The notes under the pieces: model-generated
The model's input: the letters and a program-made list of their open reading frames with translations, nothing else
Database searches by the model: none
What the model was told of the DNA's origin: nothing
Origin: a virus
Reading direction: 5' to 3' (one strand)
DNA length: 64,000 nucleotides
Virus record (IMG/VR): IMGVR_UViG_3300005337_000019
Span: 1 to 64,000 of that record
Part shown: positions 16,569-26,283 of the stretch, piece after piece
How positions within the stretch are numbered: position 1 is the first letter of the stretch
Layout of the letters: every line of letters starts with the position of its first letter
Program-made: the position numbers and the translations under genes

Positions 16569-18346
16569 AGAGCAAAATGCACGTGTCCAGCGATCTATCC
16601 CTGCCGATCGAAGTCGCCACCCAGGCGGTCGGCATCTTCGGCATTCGCGGTGCTGGGAAAACGAACACCGCCGGCGTGATGGCCGAGGAGCTCCTGACCG
16701 CGAACGTGCCGGTCGCGATTATCGATCCGACCGACGCATGGTGGGGCTTGCGCTCGAGTCGCGACGGGCAGAGCGAGGGATTCCCGGTGTTCATCTTCGG
16801 CGGCGGTCACGGCGACTACCCGCTCGAGGAACACGACGGGAAAGTGATCGCCGAGTTCATCGTCACCGAGCAGGTGCCGGTGGTCCTCTCGCTTCGGCAT
16901 CTGCGCAAGGGCGCGCAGCGCCGCTTCGTGACGGAGCTCTGCGAGGAGCTGTACCACCTCAAAGGCAAGGTGGAGAACCGCTCGCCGCTCACCGTGTTCA
17001 TCGACGAAGCGCCGTCCTTCGTGCCGCAGAAGGTCATGGGCGACGTGGCGCGCACGGTCGGCGCCGTCGAAGACCTCGTTGCGCGCGGACGGAACGTCGG
17101 CTTCGGCGTGGTGCTGATCGCGCAGCGGCCGGCTACGCTCAACGCGGATGTGCGAAGCCTCTGCGACACGATCATCACGCACCGCGTGACGGGCAAGCTC
17201 GATCGCACGGCGTTCCGCGGGTGGATCGAGGAAAACGCGACGGTCGAAGAGATCGACGCGGTGCTCAAGAGCCTCGCGACCTTGCAGAACGGCGAGGCGT
17301 GGGTATGGTCGCCTGTGCTCGGGGTCATGCGCCGCGTGCAGATGCGCATGCGCGAGAGCTACGACAGCTCGCGCACGCCGAAGCTCGGCGAGCACGTTCG
17401 GCCGCCGAAGAAGCTCGCGGAGATCGACAAAGAGAAGTTGCGCGGGAAGCTGGCCGCCTCGGTCGAGCGCGCGAAGCAAAGCGACCCCGCCGAGATGCGC
17501 AAGCGCATTCAGGTTCTGGAGCGGCAGATCGCGAAAGGCCAGGGCACGCCGAGCGAATTGCAGAAGGGGATCATCGACGATGCCCGAGCTCGAGCAAAGG
17601 AAGCCGAGGCCGAAGTTCAACGCCTCACCGCGACGGTGCGGGAGTTGCGCGGGCGGCTGAAGCGCGCCTACGCGCACGCTGTCGCGATCGAACAGGAATC
17701 GGCGCTCGACAACGAACCGAAAGCGGCGCCGGCGCCGAGCCATGCGAAGACGTTCTTCCTCAACGAACAGCATGAGACGCACACGAGCAAGCGAGCACCG
17801 AAGGAAGCGCCACCGCGGCGCACGGCCGCGCCGGTGGCGCCGGTCGACGGAGACTTCACGCCGAACAGCGCGCAGCAGCGCGTGCTGAACGCGCTCGCGT
17901 TCTACCGCACGGTCGGCGTCGACGCGCCTGGCATCAAGCATGTCGGATTCATCGCCAAGATCAAGGCGAGCGGCGGTCACTTCCAAAACACGGTCGGGCC
18001 CCTGTCGTCACGCGGTCTCATCGAGCGTACGGACGGGCGAATCTCTCTCACCGCCGCCGGCGAGCCGTACGCCGTCGCGCCTGACACACCGCCGACGCTG
18101 CGCGATTACCACGCAGCCATCCGCGACATGCTGCGGACCGGCGCACAGCAGCGCGTGTTCGACGCGATCGCGGAGAGGGGCAGCGAGGCGGCCACTGTCG
18201 AGGAGATCGGAAAGGCCGCGAACATCGACCCGACCGGCGGCCACTTCCAGAATTCGATCGGCCCGCTGGTGACGCTCGGCGTCGTGACGCGCTCAAAGGG
18301 GATGGTGCAGCCGACCGACGTGATGTTCCCTCCGGAGCTTTCATGA
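16565..18346 (+). CDS. HerA/FtsK-like (DUF87) ATPase with coiled coil and two C-terminal wHTH-like repeats
   Basis: GIRGAGKT Walker A, IIDPT, VFIDEA Walker B, RGRNVG, AQRPA; duplicated AQQRV...GGHFQN..GPL. Confidence 0.85.
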   Translation: MKSKMHVSSDLSLPIEVATQAVGIFGIRGAGKTNTAGVMAEELLTANVPVAIIDPTDAWWGLRSSRDGQSEGFPVFIFGGGHGDYPLEEHDGKVIAEFIVTEQVPVVLSLRHLRKGAQRRFVTELCEELYHLKGKVENRSPLTVFIDEAPSFVPQKVMGDVARTVGAVEDLVARGRNVGFGVVLIAQRPATLNADVRSLCDTIITHRVTGKLDRTAFRGWIEENATVEEIDAVLKSLATLQNGEAWVWSPVLGVMRRVQMRMRESYDSSRTPKLGEHVRPPKKLAEIDKEKLRGKLAASVERAKQSDPAEMRKRIQVLERQIAKGQGTPSELQKGIIDDARARAKEAEAEVQRLTATVRELRGRLKRAYAHAVAIEQESALDNEPKAAPAPSHAKTFFLNEQHETHTSKRAPKEAPPRRTAAPVAPVDGDFTPNSAQQRVLNALAFYRTVGVDAPGIKHVGFIAKIKASGGHFQNTVGPLSSRGLIERTDGRISLTAAGEPYAVAPDTPPTLRDYHAAIRDMLRTGAQQRVFDAIAERGSEAATVEEIGKAANIDPTGGHFQNSIGPLVTLGVVTRSKGMVQPTDVMFPPELS

Positions 18347-18564
18347 GCGACACAGCATGCATCTATCGCTACCGCATGACCGATCGCGGGCGCCTCTGCG
18401 GGCGACTGGAGGCGGATCACTGCCCTGCGAAGGGCGACGCGGCCGGTCCGCAACACGCCGACGCGTGCAAGCTGAACACGGATTTCGATGTGCCGGGTGT
18501 GAAGCGCCGCCGCATGGTCCATCACGTTTTTCATCGCGGCAGAACTGCAGGAGGAAGTCAGTGA
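18343..18564 (+). CDS. Small Cys/His protein
   Basis: ATGA overlap. Confidence 0.45.
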   Translation: MSDTACIYRYRMTDRGRLCGRLEADHCPAKGDAAGPQHADACKLNTDFDVPGVKRRRMVHHVFHRGRTAGGSQ

Positions 18565-18797
18565 GCATCGAATGTGGTGAATGCGAGAACGTCGTCTATG
18601 CCGGCCACGCGCTCGGTTGCTCCCGCGCGCGGTGCACGCAGGACGTGATCACCGAGGCGCACGAACGTCGCGAGTGTGGTCGCAAGCGGGACGATCCGAT
18701 CCATGCGCCGGGCGCCTACAGGTACGACGGCGGGGTGATCGGGTCCCACATCCCGCACGAATTCACCTATGTCCTCAAGGACGACGAGGAACAGTGA
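18561..18797 (+). CDS. Small Cys/His protein
   Basis: AGGAGG RBS, GTGA overlap. Confidence 0.5.
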   Translation: MSIECGECENVVYAGHALGCSRARCTQDVITEAHERRECGRKRDDPIHAPGAYRYDGGVIGSHIPHEFTYVLKDDEEQ

Positions 18798-19195
18798 TGG
18801 GGATGAGGATGCGTTTGCGGCCACACGATCACCTTTCGGGGCGACCAGTCCCGCCTGAGCGGGTGAAGTATCTCGCCGACTTCTTCGGCCACTTGGAAAG
18901 GCAATGGGCTGCGGCCTCCTCGGCCGGCGATGTCGAGAGGCTGAATGTCGCATACCGCAGACTGGGCGGCCTGACTGACACGTCGCATGAGATCGTTCCC
19001 TGCCTGCGCGAGCTCGCCGACATTCTCGCCGGCGGCACCTTCGTCCACATGACCGAGATGACCATGCCGCCGGTCGTCGATCGCGAAGCTGGCGCGCTCG
19101 CCGTTATGACCTTCACCGAATGTCCCGTGGAAGGCTGCGCGCTCTGCGTCGCCAAGGTGCCCCGCTACATGATCGCTGCCGAGAATCAACCATGA
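18797..19195 (+). CDS. Hypothetical protein
   Basis: TGATG coupling. Confidence 0.5.
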   Translation: MGMRMRLRPHDHLSGRPVPPERVKYLADFFGHLERQWAAASSAGDVERLNVAYRRLGGLTDTSHEIVPCLRELADILAGGTFVHMTEMTMPPVVDREAGALAVMTFTECPVEGCALCVAKVPRYMIAAENQP

Positions 19196-19464
19196 GCCGA
19201 GAGCAGGATCTGACGTGGGCCGTCGACGCCGGCGTCCTGGTGGTGGCGAGCCTCCTCACCACGCAGGAGTACGGGCACACGGTGACGCGCGCGCAGAAGC
19301 GCACGTGTCTCTGCAGATGGTGCGAAGCGCATCGGTACGTCATCGACCACGAGTCGGACGTTCAACCCGAAAGTCGAAAGACATACCGGCAACTGGTCGC
19401 CGCGATCGCGCGCAACGAGGCAAAGATCAAAGCCCGCCCGAAGAGGGCATGGAAGGTGTCCTGA
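19192..19464 (+). CDS. Hypothetical protein
   Basis: ATGA overlap; CLCRWC. Confidence 0.5.
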   Translation: MSREQDLTWAVDAGVLVVASLLTTQEYGHTVTRAQKRTCLCRWCEAHRYVIDHESDVQPESRKTYRQLVAAIARNEAKIKARPKRAWKVS

Positions 19465-19983
19465 ATGGTGATGATGAAACGAATGCCGCGCGCGTCGGAC
19501 GCCGTGCGAGTCCCGCATTTGATGTTCCGCCACATCGGTATCGACTTCAACCGCGACGATCCGCGCCCGGAAATCACGGCGGATGTCGAAGCCTTCGTCG
19601 ACGACATGAACGAGCTGCGCGAGCTCTACGACGCCGGCGCGATCGACATCGGTCACGGCAGCGCGCTTGTGACCGAACCACCGCACTACGCACTGCGTCT
19701 GGACCGGTCGATCGACATCGAACCGCCATGGTCGTCGAGTAGACCAGTTCTGCGCGGCAGCGGCCGTGTTTACGCGCGCGACCGAGAAGGCGGTCCAATC
19801 ATCATTCTCGTACGAGTGCCGTTCCAGCGGCGACCGTGGCGCATCACGATCGAGCTTGACCACGGCCGGGACTGGATTCTGCCGCGGGAGCCTTTGACGA
19901 TGCGCCAGGCAGGCCTCGCCGAGATGATCATCCAAAGCGCGCGACCGCTCTTTCGAAACCGAGGTGGGAGTACTTCGAAATGA
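19465..19983 (+). CDS. Hypothetical protein
   Basis: Abuts both neighbours. Confidence 0.55.
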   Translation: MVMMKRMPRASDAVRVPHLMFRHIGIDFNRDDPRPEITADVEAFVDDMNELRELYDAGAIDIGHGSALVTEPPHYALRLDRSIDIEPPWSSSRPVLRGSGRVYARDREGGPIIILVRVPFQRRPWRITIELDHGRDWILPREPLTMRQAGLAEMIIQSARPLFRNRGGSTSK

Positions 19984-21239
19984 CCAGCACAATCCCGATC
20001 ACGCTTCCCGGCCTGACCGACGAGCAAGTATCGAAGATGTTTCCATTTGGCCTCGTCATGCTCGCCCACGTCGGCAGCAAGAGCCACGGCACCTACGTTC
20101 CCAAAGCCGACCCGGAGAGCATCGACGACATCGACCTCATGGGCGTCTTCATCCCGCCGCTGGCCGGCTACTTCGGCTTCGGCCGCCAACAGACCGTCGA
20201 GCGAAAGTTCGGCGAGTTCGGGCCGTACGACTGCGTGAGCTACGACCTGCAGCACTTCGTGACTCTGCTCATGAAGTCGAATCCGAATGTGCTCGGCATG
20301 CTGTGGATGCCGCCCGAGCACCTGCTCTACCGCACGCACGTCGCCAACACGCTCATCGAAAACCGCGACATGTTCGCCACGCGCCACGCCTACCAGAGCT
20401 TCGTCGGCTACGCGAGAGGGCAGTTGCACCGCATGACTCACTTCGACGCCGCGGCGCGCCTCCGGATGCAGCAAGTCGAGGACGAGCTCGAGCGCCGGAC
20501 GATCCCACTGAACCTGACGCCAGAGGAGTTGCTGGACACTCGCCCCGATCTTTACCGCGAGGCGGGATCGTGGAAGCCGGGCGAGACAGGCTCGCGGCCG
20601 TTCCTCGAGGAGAAGGGTTGCGATCTCCTCGAGACCTACCGGCAGATGTGCAACAAATACACGAGCGGGTACATGGGGAAGAAGCGCCGCGAGCTCGTCG
20701 AGCGGTTCGGCTACGACGTGAAGAACGCCGCACACCTTCTCCGCCTCCTGTCCATGGCGATCGAGTTTCTGTCGACGGGCGAGCTTCACGTCGACCGGAC
20801 CGAGCGCGACGCCGATCAACTCATGGAGGTGAAGCGCGGCGAATGGACCCTCGCCCGCGTGAAGGCGTGCGCTGACGCGTTGTTTTCTGAGGCCGAGATC
20901 GCGCACCAGCGGAGCCGTCTGCCGCTTCGGCCTGACCGGGAGGCGGTCGAGCGCATGCTCGTGCGGATGCTGGGCGACGCCTTCGCGGTGCCGTTGGAAG
21001 CGCGCGGGCATCTCGCAATCATGCTGCATTACGTGCATCTCGTCGCTAAGTCGCGCGGCAACACGACTGTTCTGGCTTCATGCCTCGCGGTCAACGGAGC
21101 ACCCTGCGAATGGTGCAACGCGGGATCGCCGATTTCGACGCTGACGCTTACCGGGAGCGGCTACGGCTATCCCCACGGCGTCGATACGGGTGAGTTCCGG
21201 CGCCTGGTCGGCGAGATGAGAGAGCGAGGGTACGTGTGA
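19980..21239 (+). CDS. DNA polymerase beta superfamily nucleotidyltransferase (Nuc-transf/RlaP-like)
   Basis: VGSKSHGT..DDIDLMGVF, KSNPNVLGML, GYDVKNAAHLLRLL, KRGEW, LPLRPD. Confidence 0.85.
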   Translation: MTSTIPITLPGLTDEQVSKMFPFGLVMLAHVGSKSHGTYVPKADPESIDDIDLMGVFIPPLAGYFGFGRQQTVERKFGEFGPYDCVSYDLQHFVTLLMKSNPNVLGMLWMPPEHLLYRTHVANTLIENRDMFATRHAYQSFVGYARGQLHRMTHFDAAARLRMQQVEDELERRTIPLNLTPEELLDTRPDLYREAGSWKPGETGSRPFLEEKGCDLLETYRQMCNKYTSGYMGKKRRELVERFGYDVKNAAHLLRLLSMAIEFLSTGELHVDRTERDADQLMEVKRGEWTLARVKACADALFSEAEIAHQRSRLPLRPDREAVERMLVRMLGDAFAVPLEARGHLAIMLHYVHLVAKSRGNTTVLASCLAVNGAPCEWCNAGSPISTLTLTGSGYGYPHGVDTGEFRRLVGEMRERGYV

Positions 21240-21793
21240 GCGACGGCGTAGTGATGGACGTCGACGTGTGGCCGGACGGCACGATCTCGAAAGCGTGGTT
21301 CGACGCCTCGCGCCGACTGCGCTACATGCTCGAGCGCGACTTCCGCCCGAACCTCGTCGACCGGGAGCTCGCCGGCGCCGTCACGTTCGTGATGCTCAAC
21401 CCGTCGACGGCTGACGCCCTCAAGAACGATCCGACCGTCGCACGGTGCTGCGATTTCGCGAAACGCTGGGGGTTCAAACGCCTCATCGTCGTCAACCTGT
21501 ACGCGCTCCGGAGCACCGATCCGCGCGCGTTGCTGGCCGACGACGACCGCGTGGGCGAGCACAACGACCGCTACATCGTCCGCGCGGCCGAACAGAGCGA
21601 TCGCGTCATCGCCGCATGGGGCGCGAACGTCACCGTGAAGCGCGACCGGCGCGACATCGATGTCTTGCAACTCCTGCACGGCGCAGGTTGCGATGTTCAC
21701 GCGCTCCGCGTCACAAAGCACCGCTACCCGTCGCACCCGCTCTACATCCCGGCAGCCACGGTGCCCGTGATGTACCGGCGGCACCAGTCGTAA
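21236..21793 (+). CDS. DUF1643 family protein
   Basis: FVMLNPSTADALKNDPT, VNLYALRSTDP, IAAWG, PSHPLY. Confidence 0.88.
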   Translation: MSDGVVMDVDVWPDGTISKAWFDASRRLRYMLERDFRPNLVDRELAGAVTFVMLNPSTADALKNDPTVARCCDFAKRWGFKRLIVVNLYALRSTDPRALLADDDRVGEHNDRYIVRAAEQSDRVIAAWGANVTVKRDRRDIDVLQLLHGAGCDVHALRVTKHRYPSHPLYIPAATVPVMYRRHQS

Positions 21794-21803
21794 GGGAGCT
21801 CCA

Positions 21804-22067
21804 ATGTCCGACCCGAGAGAACCAGATCCGCGCAGGGTGCAAGCATGGAAGACACGCAGGGCGAGGTACGGCACCGCGGGACATGCCCGCCCGTACCGCA
21901 CGTCGCCTACGCCGGCGGATGATCTCGGAAGCCGCGCCCTCGCGTTCGTGCTGCGGCTTCACGCGCAGGGTGATCTGTCAGAGGGGCAGTGCAGCAAGGC
22001 GCTCGGCATCGACCGCGTGACGTTCCGTGCGCTCGTGGACGACAGGGCACCGAGGAGCCACCCGTGA
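21804..22067 (+). CDS. Small HTH protein (UPF0175-like)
   Basis: GDLSEGQCSKALGIDRVTFRAL. Confidence 0.6.
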   Translation: MSDPREPDPRRVQAWKTRRARYGTAGHARPYRTSPTPADDLGSRALAFVLRLHAQGDLSEGQCSKALGIDRVTFRALVDDRAPRSHP

Positions 22068-22489
22068 CGCGCCAGGACCGCACGGCAAGGTGGCGCGAGA
22101 TCGCCGCGGCCATCGATCGCCACGTGGCTGCCGCGCTGCGCTTTCGGCCGGAGATGCGGCACGTCGTGACGACGGGTCTGGTCGTGGGGGAGCCCGACGA
22201 CTCGTTCGCGGTCGGACTGATCGATCCGCCGTCATGCACGAGCGTCGTCGCTGGTTTCGTGGTCACGTGGGAAGAGGCGGCATCTCTCGACGCGAACGCC
22301 CTGGCCGATGGAGTTCGGCGCATGGTCATGGAGACCATTGCCGCGCTCGACGCCTCCCGCGCCGGCGACCGTAAATTCGGTGAAAATACGGTGTTGGAGC
22401 TCTGCCCAGTGCTCGACGAGGCTTCCTCTATCCCCGAAGCGGCATGGGGCCGCCTTGGGCCGATTCTCGACGGTGGCGAGCCAACGTGA
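22064..22489 (+). CDS. Hypothetical protein
   Basis: GAGGAG RBS, GTGA overlap. Confidence 0.5.
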   Translation: MTRQDRTARWREIAAAIDRHVAAALRFRPEMRHVVTTGLVVGEPDDSFAVGLIDPPSCTSVVAGFVVTWEEAASLDANALADGVRRMVMETIAALDASRAGDRKFGENTVLELCPVLDEASSIPEAAWGRLGPILDGGEPT

Positions 22490-22809
22490 CGCCCCGGTTG
22501 AAGCCGCTGTGTGCGGTTTGTCGCACAAATCGACTCCCGCACCGGTGGGACGTGATCGACCGGGCCCGCCGCGACGGGAAGATCCTCACGTGCGGACCTG
22601 TCTGCGCGACGTTGCGGAAGCATCGGAAGCGGGACGGCCGCGGCACGAGGCAAGTGCCGGCGCCCAGTGCAGCTCTCCTCGAGACACGGCCGCGGCGCGT
22701 CTTTCAGGAGCCGGAGGACCTGCCGACGCACTCGGAAGCGATCGAGCGCGAGCTGCGCCAGGCCGAGCGCGAGGCCGAGGAGCGTCTGGCGCGTATCATT
22801 CATGGCTGA
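22486..22809 (+). CDS. Zn-finger-like hypothetical protein
   Basis: CAVC...CGPVC; GTGA overlap. Confidence 0.5.
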   Translation: MTPRLKPLCAVCRTNRLPHRWDVIDRARRDGKILTCGPVCATLRKHRKRDGRGTRQVPAPSAALLETRPRRVFQEPEDLPTHSEAIERELRQAEREAEERLARIIHG

Positions 22810-22812
22810 GCC

Positions 22813-23061
22813 ATGGGGAGCCTGTTCGAAGAGATCGCGTTGTCCGAGATGACGCCGCCGCCACGCCTGGGTCGCGCTGGCGAGCCAATCGGACACATCG
22901 CGTGGCACGAGGAATCGCCTGACCGTGTCTTTTGCGGCGTTGCCTGTCCGTGGCATCAAGCGTGGGCGCCGATGCGCGAAGAGGTGCGCAAGACCAAGCA
23001 ATTCCGCGAGGAGATCGAGCGCCGCGCCATGCGCCCGCCGATTTTCTGCCGGCCCACCTGA
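22813..23061 (+). CDS. Hypothetical protein
   Basis: Last gene of a packed operon. Confidence 0.45.
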   Translation: MGSLFEEIALSEMTPPPRLGRAGEPIGHIAWHEESPDRVFCGVACPWHQAWAPMREEVRKTKQFREEIERRAMRPPIFCRPT

Positions 23062-23241
23062 GAAAACCAGCCCGCGCGTCCGTCTCATGAGAAGCCGGAT
23101 GTGCGGAGAAACGCCGCGAGTCTCGCGGCACCCGCCGGACCAGAAGGCACCACGGCAACGCGCTGAACGACCGCTGCAGTGAGCGGCCGCAGAGGCAGCG
23201 GGGAGGCGGCGTCCTGTCGTCTCCCCACCCCGTAGCGACCC

Positions 23242-23277
23242 ATTTCTAGAAATTCGGGATTCGATTTCTAGAAATCG
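23242..23277. promoter_or_regulatory. Twin ATTTCTAGAAAT palindromes, 22 bp apart
   Basis: Perfect 12-bp palindromes at 23242 and 23264, just upstream of a -35 box. Confidence 0.6.
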
Positions 23278-23288
23278 CGCGCGCCCTC

Positions 23289-23317
23289 TTGACATGCTAA
23301 CCGCTAAGCATTACATT
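23289..23317 (+). promoter_or_regulatory. Class-1 promoter with palindromic operator
   Basis: TTGACA-tgctaaccgctaagcat-TACATT. Confidence 0.85.
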
Positions 23318-23323
23318 ATGAGC

Positions 23324-23527
23324 ATGAAAGAAATCGCATCGCTCCGACACGCCCGCCGCTACGCCGAGTACACCGCAAACGACCTGCGCGACCACTACGA
23401 CCAGTGCGCCACGTGCTCGCCCGGCCGCGATTGCTCCCTGGCGCTGACTCTGAAGCGCAAAGCGGAGACCGCGGCGGACGACCTGAAGATGGCCCGCAAG
23501 CTCCGCAGCGAGCAGCGCCGGAAGTAG
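23324..23527 (+). CDS. Small Zn-binding protein, leaderless; paralog of 31551-31751
   Basis: LRDHYDQCATCSPGRDCSLA. Confidence 0.65.
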   Translation: MKEIASLRHARRYAEYTANDLRDHYDQCATCSPGRDCSLALTLKRKAETAADDLKMARKLRSEQRRK

Positions 23528-23618
23528 CAACCCCCAACCAACAACACGAGCCCGCCGGGGATGGAGACTCCGGCGGGCCGCACATCGCTCGCCTGATCGA
23601 AGGAAAAGGAGGCTCACC

Positions 23619-23870
23619 ATGCAGACGAACAGCGTCCCGGTGGCCGGCACGTGCCCGGCATGCCGCGACAGCGCGGTCACGCAGCGTGACGTGTACGGAT
23701 ATGCGCGCGCCTACCTCTGCGTCACGCATCGATCGACGTGGGACGCTGCGGATCACCATGCGCACTCGAGCGGTTGCCCGTGGCCGCCGCGAGGCTGCCC
23801 GCGCTGCAAGACTGAATCTCAACCGCACCACTTGACAATGCTAAGCGGTGAGCATACATTACCAGTATGA
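23619..23870 (+). CDS. Small Cys-rich protein
   Basis: AGGAGG RBS; CPAC, CPRC. Confidence 0.55.
   Translation: MQTNSVPVAGTCPACRDSAVTQRDVYGYARAYLCVTHRSTWDAADHHAHSSGCPWPPRGCPRCKTESQPHHLTMLSGEHTLPV
23832..23860 (+). promoter_or_regulatory. Class-1 promoter with palindromic operator
   Basis: TTGACA-atgctaagcggtgagca-TACATT. Confidence 0.85.
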
Positions 23871-24223
23871 CAACGACGAACGTGCTGCCGCTCGCTCCCC
23901 TCACCACCGCCGACGACCGCTCCGCAACCATCCGCACCATCCGCAAGAACCTCCATGCCCGCGGCCTCACGTGGGTGTCGGTGGTCGGCGACCGCGGAAC
24001 TGCGTGGGCGTGGATCACCATCAAAGCCATGCCGAGCAAAGGTAAGAACAGCTACGGCAGCATGACGGACGCGCAGTGTGCCGAGCTTGCCGCTGCCCTC
24101 GGCCTGGACATCGTGCATCACCAAGGCGTCTCCGTTGCCGGTAGCGACGCATACCGCGTCGAATTTCTCGACCGCAGCGCAGGCCAGACGCCCCGCATGA
24201 TCGGCAAGCCGTACTGGGACTGA
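23867..24223 (+). CDS. Hypothetical early protein, leaderless
   Basis: ATG 6 nt after the -10 box; IRKNL..WVSV.GDRGTAWAWITI. Confidence 0.7.
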   Translation: MTTTNVLPLAPLTTADDRSATIRTIRKNLHARGLTWVSVVGDRGTAWAWITIKAMPSKGKNSYGSMTDAQCAELAAALGLDIVHHQGVSVAGSDAYRVEFLDRSAGQTPRMIGKPYWD

Positions 24224-24271
24224 GCAGCGACCACCCGCATCCACCACCGAGAGAGGGGGAACGAAAGAGCC

Positions 24272-25894
24272 ATGACCGCATCGCTCTTGCAAGACGTACG
24301 CGCCGCCGGCGAGGACTTTGAGTGGTATCCGACGACCGACCGCATGATCGACGCCGTCGTGCGGTGGATCGACAAGACGGCGAAGTCCGTGATGGACATC
24401 GGCGCCGGCGACGGCCGCGTGTTGCGGCGCCTGGCCGCTGTGTTCGAACACGAACCGCAGCTCTTCGCGATCGAGAAGTCGAACGTCCTCATTCAGGCGC
24501 AGCCGGAGAACGTCATCCCGGTCGGCACGGACCTGTTCGAACAGAACCTCGCGTGTCTGCCGGTCGATTACATCTTCTGCAACCCGCCGTACTCGGCTTT
24601 CGAGCTGTGGGCGACTGTCATCATCGAGTCAGGCCATGCGCGGAAGGCGTTTCTCGTCATCCCCCAGCGGTGGAAGGGTGACGCGTCGATCGCGGACGCG
24701 CTGAAGAAGCGCGGCGCCACCGCGCGCGTCATTCACAGCGATCACTTCCTCGACGCGGAGCGGCGCGCGCGCGCCGTCGTCGACATCGTCGAGGTGTCCT
24801 ACCCGATGAAGGAAGGCCGTGGGTGGCGCAGCGATCGCGAGGTGCAGGACCCGTTCGATATCTGGTTCGACGAGCACATCACGACGTTCGACGAGGAAGT
24901 CGAGGGCGACACGTCGAGCAAGTACGAGATCGAGCAGCAGGCCCTCGCGCGGATACGGCACCTGGAGACGATCACCGACATGGTCGAGTCGTACACCGAG
25001 GAGCACGCGCGCATGGAGGAGAACTACCGCGCCATCTTCCACCTCGACTACGCGCTGCTGCGCGAGCTCGGCGTGAACAAGGCCGCCGTGCGCGACGGCC
25101 TGAAGGCGAAGATGGCCGGCCTGAAGTCGAAGTATTGGACGCTGCTGTTCGAACGGCTCGACACCATCACCGAGCGCCTGAGCACCGCCACGAAGGCGAA
25201 GTTCCTCGAGCGGCTGACCGGCCGCACCGCACTCGCGTTCACCGCCAACAACGCCTACGCCGTCGTCCTGTGGTCGATCAAGAACGCGAACAAATACTTC
25301 GACGAGCAGGCGGTGAAGCTGTACCGGGATCTGTCCACGCACGAGGGGGTGCTGCGCTACAAGAGCAACGTCCGGACGTGGCAGAAAAACGACTGGCGGT
25401 ACAGCAAGCACTGGGACGAGGAGGACCGGCGGCCGACGCACTACGCGCTCGACTATCGCATCGTGATCGACGGCCACAGCGCGATCGGCACGGGCGAGTC
25501 CTGGCAGTACGACTACCCCGGCAACCTGCACAAGGGCAAGCATGAGCTCATCGCCGACATCATCGCGGTGCTCTACAACCTCGGGTGGCAGGCCCGCGGC
25601 ACGCGCTCGACGGACCGCACGTGGTTCTCCGGCGAGTGGCAGAACTGGTATCAGCCGAACAGCACGGCGGTGCTCTTCCAGGTGAAGGCATTCAAGAACG
25701 GGAACGTGCACATGCGCTTCGCGCCCGACGCCATCAAGGCGCTGAACGTCGAGGCGGGCCGGCTGCTCGGGTGGCTGCCGAGCGCGGAGGCGGTCGAATC
25801 GGAGCTCGGCTACACCGCCGAAGAGGCGCGCCGCTTCTTCGCGTCGACGAAGATGCTGACGCCGCGGTCGGTGCGTCTCCTCGAGGGCGCGTGA
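24272..25894 (+). CDS. Class I SAM-dependent (adenine) DNA methyltransferase with DUF4942 domain
   Basis: EWYPT, DIGAGDG, CNPPY; C-terminal VKAFKNGNVHMRF. Confidence 0.85.
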   Translation: MTASLLQDVRAAGEDFEWYPTTDRMIDAVVRWIDKTAKSVMDIGAGDGRVLRRLAAVFEHEPQLFAIEKSNVLIQAQPENVIPVGTDLFEQNLACLPVDYIFCNPPYSAFELWATVIIESGHARKAFLVIPQRWKGDASIADALKKRGATARVIHSDHFLDAERRARAVVDIVEVSYPMKEGRGWRSDREVQDPFDIWFDEHITTFDEEVEGDTSSKYEIEQQALARIRHLETITDMVESYTEEHARMEENYRAIFHLDYALLRELGVNKAAVRDGLKAKMAGLKSKYWTLLFERLDTITERLSTATKAKFLERLTGRTALAFTANNAYAVVLWSIKNANKYFDEQAVKLYRDLSTHEGVLRYKSNVRTWQKNDWRYSKHWDEEDRRPTHYALDYRIVIDGHSAIGTGESWQYDYPGNLHKGKHELIADIIAVLYNLGWQARGTRSTDRTWFSGEWQNWYQPNSTAVLFQVKAFKNGNVHMRFAPDAIKALNVEAGRLLGWLPSAEAVESELGYTAEEARRFFASTKMLTPRSVRLLEGA

Positions 25895-25912
25895 AATTTC
25901 TTCGCCGCCCTC

Positions 25913-25941
25913 TTGACAATGCTCACCGGTAAGCATAGATT
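25913..25941 (+). promoter_or_regulatory. Class-1 promoter with palindromic operator
   Basis: TTGACA-atgctcaccggtaagca-TAGATT. Confidence 0.85.
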
Positions 25942-25947
25942 GTGAGC

Positions 25948-26283
25948 ATGGAAACGACGAACGCAGTAGCCCAACCCACTCCCACCACCCCGCGCATCTC
26001 GAAAAAGTGCGCGTCCACGATCAAAGCCGGCGACACGATCAAACCGCCGGCACGCGAGTTGAGCCTCTGGCTGCGCCGCGATCTCGCCGAGAAGGGCATG
26101 ACCGAGGCCGATGCCATCATGACGGTGACCGAGGTTAAACAGGGTGCGCCGGACAAGCGTGGCCCGTGGCTGATCATCACCGCCTTCATGCCCGACGCGT
26201 GGTATGCGCAGTGCCCGCGCGGCCCGTACCCGTGGCATTTCAACGTCCGCCCGGACACGCTGTGGCCGGTGGTGCAGCAGTGA
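25948..26283 (+). CDS. Hypothetical early protein, leaderless
   Basis: ATG 6 nt after the -10 box; ASTIKAGD.I SH3-like motif. Confidence 0.65.
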   Translation: METTNAVAQPTPTTPRISKKCASTIKAGDTIKPPARELSLWLRRDLAEKGMTEADAIMTVTEVKQGAPDKRGPWLIITAFMPDAWYAQCPRGPYPWHFNVRPDTLWPVVQQ

